DNA of 64,000 nucleotides from Spirochaetia bacterium. GTDB taxonomy: Bacteria; Spirochaetota; Spirochaetia; SZUA-6; Bin103. The DNA is taken from positions 6,144,001 to 6,208,000 of the forward strand of contig CBDBDQ010000005.1 of assembly GCA_965203905.1 (NCBI GenBank). The letters are read 5' to 3'. The notes beneath the pieces were generated by a model that saw nothing but the letters and a program-made list of their open reading frames with translations, was not told the origin of the DNA and made no database searches. Made by a program: the position numbers and the translations under genes. Of this stretch, positions 57,995 to 64,000 are shown one piece after another (position 1 is the stretch's first letter; each line of letters opens with the position of its first letter).

Positions 57995-58999
57995 GTGCGA
58001 GCGCTGACCGCAACCACCGCCGGCGCCACCCTGGCGCTGATCTTCGTGGGCAGTCTGGTCACCAGCACCGGGTCGGGCCTGGCGGTGCCGGACTGGCCGC
58101 TCTCCTACGGGACCCTGTTCCCGCCGATGGTGGGCGGGATCCTGTACGAGCACTCCCACCGGATGGTGGCGGCCGCAGTCGGTCTGCTGGTCGTGGTGCA
58201 GGCGCTGGTGTTCACCTGGCGGGAACCGCGCCGCTGGCTGCGGGTCCTGGCCTGGGTCGCAGTGGCGTCCATCATCGTGCAGGGCACGCTGGGCGGCCTG
58301 ACCGTGCTGCTGCTGCTGCCCACGCCGATATCGATGACCCACGCGGTGCTGGCCCAGAGCCTGTTCCTGCTGCTGATCGTCATCGCCTATGCCCATTCGC
58401 GCGAGTGGCGGCGGCGCGCGGCACAGCCGCACGCCGCGCGGGCGCGCACCACGGTCGTGCTGCTGCCCGTCGTGGTGTTCCTGCAGTTGCTGATCGGCGC
58501 GCTGATGCGTCACACGGAGTCGGGGCTCGCGATCCCCGACTTCCCGCTCATGGGCGGCCAGTTGGTCCCGCTCTTCAACGAGCGGATGCTGAACACAATC
58601 AACGGAGCACGCTTTCAGTTGCTGCTGGAACCGGTCTCCATGAACCAGGTGGTAGTCCACTTCCTCCACCGCCTCGGGGCGGCGGCCACCGCCGCCGTGG
58701 TGATCGCCGCCAACCTGGACCTGCGGCGGCGTCCCGCCTACCGCGCGGTCCGGCGGATGCTGACCTGGGTCAACTGGATGGTACTGGTGCAGGGGACGCT
58801 CGGTGCCTTGACGGTGCTCACCGTACGGTCGCCGCTGGTAGCGAGCCTCCACGTCCTGGTGGGTGCGGCGCTGTTCGCCGCAACGTTGCTGTGCCTGCTG
58901 AGGTGCCTGCCGCTGCCCACCGGCAGCGCCGCGACCGCGTCTCCGGCGGCCGGCGTACGGCCGCGAGTAAGCCGCGGCACCGCCCCCGGCGCATCCTGA
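57995..58999 (+). CDS. ctaA: Heme A synthase (COX15/CtaA)
   Basis: SGLAVPDWP, EHSHR, QGTLGG.TV, HFLHR, ASLH. Confidence 0.9.
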   Translation: MRALTATTAGATLALIFVGSLVTSTGSGLAVPDWPLSYGTLFPPMVGGILYEHSHRMVAAAVGLLVVVQALVFTWREPRRWLRVLAWVAVASIIVQGTLGGLTVLLLLPTPISMTHAVLAQSLFLLLIVIAYAHSREWRRRAAQPHAARARTTVVLLPVVVFLQLLIGALMRHTESGLAIPDFPLMGGQLVPLFNERMLNTINGARFQLLLEPVSMNQVVVHFLHRLGAAATAAVVIAANLDLRRRPAYRAVRRMLTWVNWMVLVQGTLGALTVLTVRSPLVASLHVLVGAALFAATLLCLLRCLPLPTGSAATASPAAGVRPRVSRGTAPGAS

Positions 59000-59001
59000 C
59001 C

Positions 59002-59892
59002 GTGCCCGTTCGTGCCCGGGCGCGCGGCCGCGCCTTCTTCTCGCTGATCAAGGGGCGCATCGCGCTCCTGGTGGCGGCGACCACCGCCCTGGGCTACTGG
59101 GCCGCGGCCGGCAGCGCCAGGATCGACGCCGTCCTCGTTGCCGTGGTCGTCGGTACTGCACTGCTGAGCGCCGGCGCCGGCGTGCTCAACAACGTGCTGG
59201 AGCGGGAGGTGGACGCGCGCATGGCTCGTACCCGCGGGCGGGCATTGCCGCAGGGCACGGTACGGCCACCGGCCGCGACCTGGTTCGGCGTGGCGCTGAC
59301 CGCGGCCGGCACTGCGCTGCTGCTGTGGCGCGGCGGAGCGCTGCCGGCCCTGATCGGCCTGCTCGCGGCCGCGCTCTACCTGTTCGTGTACACGCCGCTG
59401 AAGCGGCACTCTTGGCTCAACACGACGCTCGGCGCCATTCCCGGCGCCCTGCCGCCGCTCATCGGCTGGACCGCCGCCGACCCGGCCGGTGGCGGGCTGG
59501 GGCCGGGAGCCTGGATCCTGTTCGCGATCCTGTTCCTGTGGCAGCACCCCCACTTCTACGCCATCGCGTGGACGCTGCGCGACGAGTACCGCGCGGCCGG
59601 ACTACGCATGGCCGGCGCGGTCGGTACGAGCGGTAATTTTCTGGCGGTCCAGGTGATCCTGTTTCTGGTCGTCCTGATCCCGGTATCGCTGCTGCTGACG
59701 GCGGTGGGGGTTGCCGGCGCTTGGTACGCGGCGGGGTGCGTCCTGGCGGGAGTTCTGTACCTGGCCGCCGGAATCCGATTCGCGCAGCGGCGCGACCGCG
59801 GCAGCTCGCGCCTGTTGTTGCGCGCCTCGGTCCTCTACCTGCCGGCGGTGCTGGCGTTCCTGGTCGCGGATCTCAGCCTGGTTCCTTCGTGA
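59002..59892 (+). CDS. ctaB: Heme O synthase (protoheme IX farnesyltransferase)
   Basis: DARMARTRGR, YTPLKR, GALPPLIGW, WQHPHFYAI. Confidence 0.92.
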   Translation: MPVRARARGRAFFSLIKGRIALLVAATTALGYWAAAGSARIDAVLVAVVVGTALLSAGAGVLNNVLEREVDARMARTRGRALPQGTVRPPAATWFGVALTAAGTALLLWRGGALPALIGLLAAALYLFVYTPLKRHSWLNTTLGAIPGALPPLIGWTAADPAGGGLGPGAWILFAILFLWQHPHFYAIAWTLRDEYRAAGLRMAGAVGTSGNFLAVQVILFLVVLIPVSLLLTAVGVAGAWYAAGCVLAGVLYLAAGIRFAQRRDRGSSRLLLRASVLYLPAVLAFLVADLSLVPS

Positions 59893-59911
59893 CCCCGCGG
59901 CGCCGCGGTAC

Positions 59912-60919
59912 TCAGCGCGGCGGCGCCAGTACCACGGCGGAGCGCACGGTATCGAGCACCGTCTCGGTAATCACCCCTTCGGTGCCCGCGACCTGGTTGA
60001 CGGCGCCGTCGAGCAGTACCGCCTCTACGTGGCGCACCAGGCCCAGGTGCGGCGCCGCCAGGCGCTCGAAGCGCAACTCCTCGGTGCCGTTCGCGGTCTC
60101 CAGCGTGAGCGCATGGCCGTCCAGCGGGTCGGCCGTCACGCGGCCGTGCTCGCCGGCGACGAAGAACCGGTCGACGTCGCGGGTGCTGTGGAAGTCGCCG
60201 ACCACGCTGCACAGCGCGCCCGACTCCATCCGCAGCACGGCACAGCCGATCTGCTCCACCTCGAGGTCGCGATCGAAGCGCGTGGCTACCCCGTGCGCCG
60301 CCGCGACCGGTCCCAGCAGCCATACCAGCAGGTCGATCCGGTGGCTGCAGATGTCCACGAAGCCCCCGCCGCCGGCGAGCGCGGGATCGTCCCGCCATTT
60401 TCGGGTACCTGCCAGGCGCCGGCCGGCGACGTCACCCCACGAGACGTCAACCGCCCCCAGCAGGGGTCGCCCGACCGCACCTTCGGCCAGCAGCGCGCGC
60501 AGCCGCAGGACGTGCGGCCAGAAGCGGCGGTAGTACGCCACGAACAACTCCACTCCCGCGGCCGCGCACGCCGCCACCATTGCGCGGCCCTCGGCGGCGT
60601 TCATCGCCATCGGCTTCTCCACTAGCACGTGCTTGCCGGCCGCCGCCGCGGCGAGCACGTACTCCAGGTGGGAGCTGGGCGGCGTCGCCACGTAGACGAC
60701 GTCCACGGCCGCGTCGTCGATCACCCGGCGCGCATCGTCGCTCCACCTGGCAACTCCGTGGCGGCGGGCAAAGTCCTGCGCCGCGGCGCCGTCGCGCCGC
60801 ATCACCAGCACCATGTCGCTGCGCGGCGCGTGGGCGATGGCCGGACCACTCTTGTGCTCCACCACGTCACCGCAACCGACGACGCCCCAGCCCAGGCGCG
60901 CCGGCCGTACCATCCCCAT
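59912..60919 (-). CDS. Gfo/Idh/MocA oxidoreductase
   Basis: GCGDV, YVATPP, VEKPMA, GGGGFVDICSHRID. Confidence 0.92.
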   Translation of the reverse strand: MGMVRPARLGWGVVGCGDVVEHKSGPAIAHAPRSDMVLVMRRDGAAAQDFARRHGVARWSDDARRVIDDAAVDVVYVATPPSSHLEYVLAAAAAGKHVLVEKPMAMNAAEGRAMVAACAAAGVELFVAYYRRFWPHVLRLRALLAEGAVGRPLLGAVDVSWGDVAGRRLAGTRKWRDDPALAGGGGFVDICSHRIDLLVWLLGPVAAAHGVATRFDRDLEVEQIGCAVLRMESGALCSVVGDFHSTRDVDRFFVAGEHGRVTADPLDGHALTLETANGTEELRFERLAAPHLGLVRHVEAVLLDGAVNQVAGTEGVITETVLDTVRSAVVLAPPR

Positions 60920-62619
60920 CAGATACCTTTCGCCAGCGTGTCGAGCACCGCGGCCGGATCGCCCGTCACCTGAATGGTGAGCACCGCACGGCCGCCGGCG
61001 ACCAGCGCCTGCCGGTCGCCGAGCGCCTGGGCCTGCTTCAGCACGTCGAAGCTGAGCGCCGCGGCCGGCTCCCCGGCCCGGTCCGGGATCGGCAGGTCGG
61101 GAACGCTGGCGGTGACGATCTGCAGGCAGCGGCCACGCCCGGCGTCGCCCTTGTGCAATTGCCCGGTGGAGTGCAGGAACCGCGGGCCGTAGCCGCTGGT
61201 GGTAGCCAGGCAGGTGCGCGCGCGCGCCGCTCCGCGCAAACCCTGCAGCGCGGCGTCGGTCTCCGCGGTCGGCGGCACGTAGGCCTGCAGCGCCAGGTAG
61301 GAGCCGGCCGGCGCCGCGTCCAGGAAGCCGGCCAGCGCCTGCGCCGGCGTGCTGCCGCGCACTTCGCCGTAGAGCGCCAATCCGTCTCCCCGCAGCGCCG
61401 GCTCCTCGGCAGGCAGGCGGCCCTCCGCCTGGTAGGCGGCCACCATCTGCCGCGCCTGCACCTTGGCCGCCTCCACGTTCGGCTGGTCGAACGGGTTTAT
61501 GCCCAGCAGCGCGCCGGCGACGGCGGTCGCCATCTCCCAGACGAAGAACTGCGCCGCCACGTCGTAACGATCCTCAAGCTGCAGCGTGACCAGCGGCTGG
61601 TCCGCAGCGCGCAGTCCTTGCGCGAGGTCCGCCGTGGCCTGATCCGCACCGTGGCGCAGCCACACGAACAGCCGGTCGGCGCCATACTCCCCTGCGGATG
61701 CCGGCGGCTCGCCGACCACCGGCACGATGCCGCTGCCCTCCTTGCCGGTGCTCTCGGCGATGAGCTGCTCCACCCAGTCGCCGAAGCTCGCCAGCTCGGC
61801 GCCGCACAGCAGGGTCAGCTTGTCGCGCCCGGCCGCGGCCGCGGTGCCCAGGACGATCCCCAGTCGCAGCGCCACGTTGTCGTCGTCACCGGCCGGCCGC
61901 TCCGCCGCGGCACCGGCGGCCGCCTGCCGGCCACGGCGCAGCAGGGTGCGCAGGTCCAGCCCCAACAGTGCCGCCGGCACCAGCCCGAATACGCTGAGCG
62001 CGGAGTAGCGGCCGCCGATCGTCGGGTCACCCAGAAACGTGCGGCGGAACGCATACTGGGCGGCGGTGTCCGCGAGGCCGCTGCCCGGATCGGTGATCGC
62101 CACGAAGTGCTCGCCCGCCGCTGCCCTTCCCAGCTCGTCCGCCACCCGGTTGTAGCAGTACTTGAACAGGGAGAACGTCTCCACGGTGCCGCCCGACTTG
62201 GTGGACACCAGAAACAGCGTGCGACGCAGGTCGAGCGGTGCCACGCACGCGGCCACGGCACAGGGATCGGTGCTGTCCAGCACCGCCAGGCGCAAGCCGT
62301 CCGGCTGTGGGCCGAAGGTGCGCGCCAGCACCTCCGGGGCGAGACTGGATCCGCCCATTCCCAGCAGCAGCACGTCGCGGTACCCCTCGCCGCGGACCGT
62401 GGCGGCGAAGCGCCCCAGGTCGGCAATCTCCGGCTCCATGCGGTCGGCGATGTCGAGCCAGCCGAGGCGGTCACTGATCTCGGTAGGATCCGGCTTCCAG
62501 ACGCGGTGATCGCGGGCCTGGATGCGCCGCATCAGACCCTCGTCATCAGCGCGGACGAGAGCTCGCCGCACCGGCTCACGCAACGGGCCGAGGTGCAGTT
62601 TCATCGGCGGCGCGCTCAC
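60919..62619 (-). CDS. pgi: Glucose-6-phosphate isomerase (type found in Tal-Pgi fusions)
   Basis: GMGGSSL, SKSG-like STKSGGTVET, GGRYSALS, EQLIAESTGK, PFDQPNVE, HSTGQLHKG. Confidence 0.88.
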   Translation of the reverse strand: MSAPPMKLHLGPLREPVRRALVRADDEGLMRRIQARDHRVWKPDPTEISDRLGWLDIADRMEPEIADLGRFAATVRGEGYRDVLLLGMGGSSLAPEVLARTFGPQPDGLRLAVLDSTDPCAVAACVAPLDLRRTLFLVSTKSGGTVETFSLFKYCYNRVADELGRAAAGEHFVAITDPGSGLADTAAQYAFRRTFLGDPTIGGRYSALSVFGLVPAALLGLDLRTLLRRGRQAAAGAAAERPAGDDDNVALRLGIVLGTAAAAGRDKLTLLCGAELASFGDWVEQLIAESTGKEGSGIVPVVGEPPASAGEYGADRLFVWLRHGADQATADLAQGLRAADQPLVTLQLEDRYDVAAQFFVWEMATAVAGALLGINPFDQPNVEAAKVQARQMVAAYQAEGRLPAEEPALRGDGLALYGEVRGSTPAQALAGFLDAAPAGSYLALQAYVPPTAETDAALQGLRGAARARTCLATTSGYGPRFLHSTGQLHKGDAGRGRCLQIVTASVPDLPIPDRAGEPAAALSFDVLKQAQALGDRQALVAGGRAVLTIQVTGDPAAVLDTLAKGI

Positions 62620-63530
62620 TCGGGTGCACCTTCCCCGGCGCCGTGCACGTTGCCGGAGGCGGTGGGCCGTTCGCTCTGGCCCCACGGCATCGGCATGCTC
62701 GGCAGCTCCCGGTGGTGGTCGCCGCGCGGCGGCTTGGGCAAGGAACGGAACTCGCGCAGCATGCGCGCCAGTTGCGTTGACGCCTCGCGCACCACCCGCT
62801 CGCCCTTCTCCTTGCTGCCCAGCGTGGCCTGACCGAGAACGCCAGAGTCGCTGTACGAGGCGGTCCACGAGATCTTGGTGCCCGGTCCGTGCGCGAACAG
62901 GTCGGTGTACTGGAAATCGGACCCGTGGCGATGGTAGGCGATCTCGCCGTCGACGATGCGATCCTTGCGCACGTTGTCCTCGTCGAGGAACAGGTAGACC
63001 GAGGTCTCCAGCTCGCAGGCGTGGGCGATGCCGCCGGGGAAGCGGCTCTCGCGCCAGCTCGGCATGAATGCGGGATCCACCGCCAGCAGATGCCACCAGT
63101 TGCAGGCGATGCACTCGGCGTCGGTCTCCAGGTTCACGCGCCGCGCCGCCAGGTCGAGGTTGGGGGCGTTCGAGCCGTGCCCGTTGAGGAACACGATCTT
63201 CTTGAAGCCGTGATACGCCAGGCTGGCGCCGATGTCGACGATGCACTTGATGAAGTGCTCCCAGTGGATGTTGGTGGTGCCGGGAAAATCCATCACGTGG
63301 GCGGCGTAGCCGTGCACGAACGGATGCATCACCAGCACCTCGTCGGGGATCTGGCGCGCCGCCGCCTCGGCGATGCCGCGCGGACACACCACGTCCACGT
63401 CGAGCGGCAGGTGCGGGCCGTGCTGCTCGGTGGACCCCACCGGGCACACCACCACCCGGTTGGCGGCCACCGCGTCATTGATCTCGGGCCAGGTCAGCTT
63501 CTCGTATCTCCAAGGCTCAGCGCGTGGCAT
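62616..63530 (-). CDS. Creatininase-family amidohydrolase
   Basis: GSTEQHGPHLP..D, FPGT, NGHGSN, HACELETS. Confidence 0.92.
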   Translation of the reverse strand: MPRAEPWRYEKLTWPEINDAVAANRVVVCPVGSTEQHGPHLPLDVDVVCPRGIAEAAARQIPDEVLVMHPFVHGYAAHVMDFPGTTNIHWEHFIKCIVDIGASLAYHGFKKIVFLNGHGSNAPNLDLAARRVNLETDAECIACNWWHLLAVDPAFMPSWRESRFPGGIAHACELETSVYLFLDEDNVRKDRIVDGEIAYHRHGSDFQYTDLFAHGPGTKISWTASYSDSGVLGQATLGSKEKGERVVREASTQLARMLREFRSLPKPPRGDHHRELPSMPMPWGQSERPTASGNVHGAGEGAPE

Positions 63531-63682
63531 TCATTTCCTCCTGTCCGGCGGCCAGCTCCGCCAGCTCCACCCAATGTCCCGCGGCGGACGACCGCAGGGC
63601 GGCCTCCATCGTCTCCTGCACGTGCAGCCCGGCGCCCAGGTCGGGGTCGGCCGACGCGCAGCGGTCTTCGCGCCGCCATCAC
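63517..63682 (-). pseudogene. Gfo/Idh/MocA gene reduced to its two ends
   Basis: MAARRPLRVG start joined out of frame to DPDLGAGLHVQETMEAALRSSAAGHWVEL. Confidence 0.6.
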
Positions 63683-64000
63683 TCCCCGACGTCGCAGACC
63701 CGGTAGGCCTGTTCCAGGGACGCCAGCAGGTTACCGCGGGGCTTGAACTCGTGACCCAGGAAAAGGCTGTAGTCGGAGTCCGCGATGGCGCTGCAGATGC
63801 CGCGGTAGTTGAGCTCCTGGGTGTCGTCCAGCTCCTCGCGTCCCGGGTTGCCGGCGGTATGGAAGTGGCCGATGTGCGGCAGCGCGCGACGGATGGCGCG
63901 GATCACGTCGCCCTCCATGATCTGCATGTGGTAGATGTCGAACAGCAGCTTCACGCGCGGGCTGTCGACCATCTCGCACAGTGCCACGCCCCAGTCGCTG
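63679..64000 (-). CDS. hyi: Hydroxypyruvate isomerase-family protein, 5' end outside the window
   Basis: KLLFDIYHMQIMEGD, HFHTAGNPGR, QELNY, GHEF.P. Confidence 0.88.
   Translation of the reverse strand, partial: SDWGVALCEMVDSPRVKLLFDIYHMQIMEGDVIRAIRRALPHIGHFHTAGNPGREELDDTQELNYRGICSAIADSDYSLFLGHEFKPRGNLLASLEQAYRVCDVGE

Noticed and set aside
635-63447. Many long overlapping or antisense ORFs and N-terminal extensions (e.g. 635-2461, 31134-33935, 37301-39745, 54594-56795, 60919-63447)
   Set aside because: Stop-codon scarcity in high-GC DNA; Arg/Pro/Ala-rich with no motifs, and they overlap well-supported genes
1-64000. CRISPR array, rRNA, integron attC array, transposase or integrase
   Set aside because: No regularly spaced repeats, rRNA signatures or recombinase motifs found by inspection; small structured RNAs cannot be excluded without an Rfam search

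Overview
High-GC bacterial chromosomal window with about 45 intact genes and many remnants. I found no rRNA, complete tRNA, CRISPR array, integrase or transposase. The backbone is that of an aerobic heterotroph: a heterodimeric ABC exporter, PhyH dioxygenases, an AraC-controlled sugar/sulfatase ABC locus, GlnE, FTR1 plus imelysin iron uptake, a folate/corrinoid C1 cluster (MetF-MetV fusion, AcsE-like, Virulence_fact, Fhs, COG0523 GTPase), thioredoxin/Hsp33, a heparinase II/III lyase, CtaA/CtaB and Pgi. This gene mix resembles high-GC marine-invertebrate symbionts such as sponge Spirochaetota, which is inference only. Lower-GC accessory DNA sits at the 3' ends of backbone genes: an MNT-HEPN fusion, GmrSD, a TA locus with an internally deleted toxin, an ATPase-TPR pair and a decayed AAA ATPase system. 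The most unusual structure is an integrase-free cassette stack downstream of fhs. A diverged 165-bp copy of the fhs 3' end, two relics of one small gene and three ankyrin-gene starts indicate repeated capture of alleles by recombination. Other highlights are a shared AT-rich motif at two accessory junctions 37 kb apart, a signal-peptide-bearing PIMT paired with a membrane SAM-binding protein, and pervasive leaderless promoters, including a bidirectional one in an 18-nt gap. All family assignments come from recognised motifs, not database searches.
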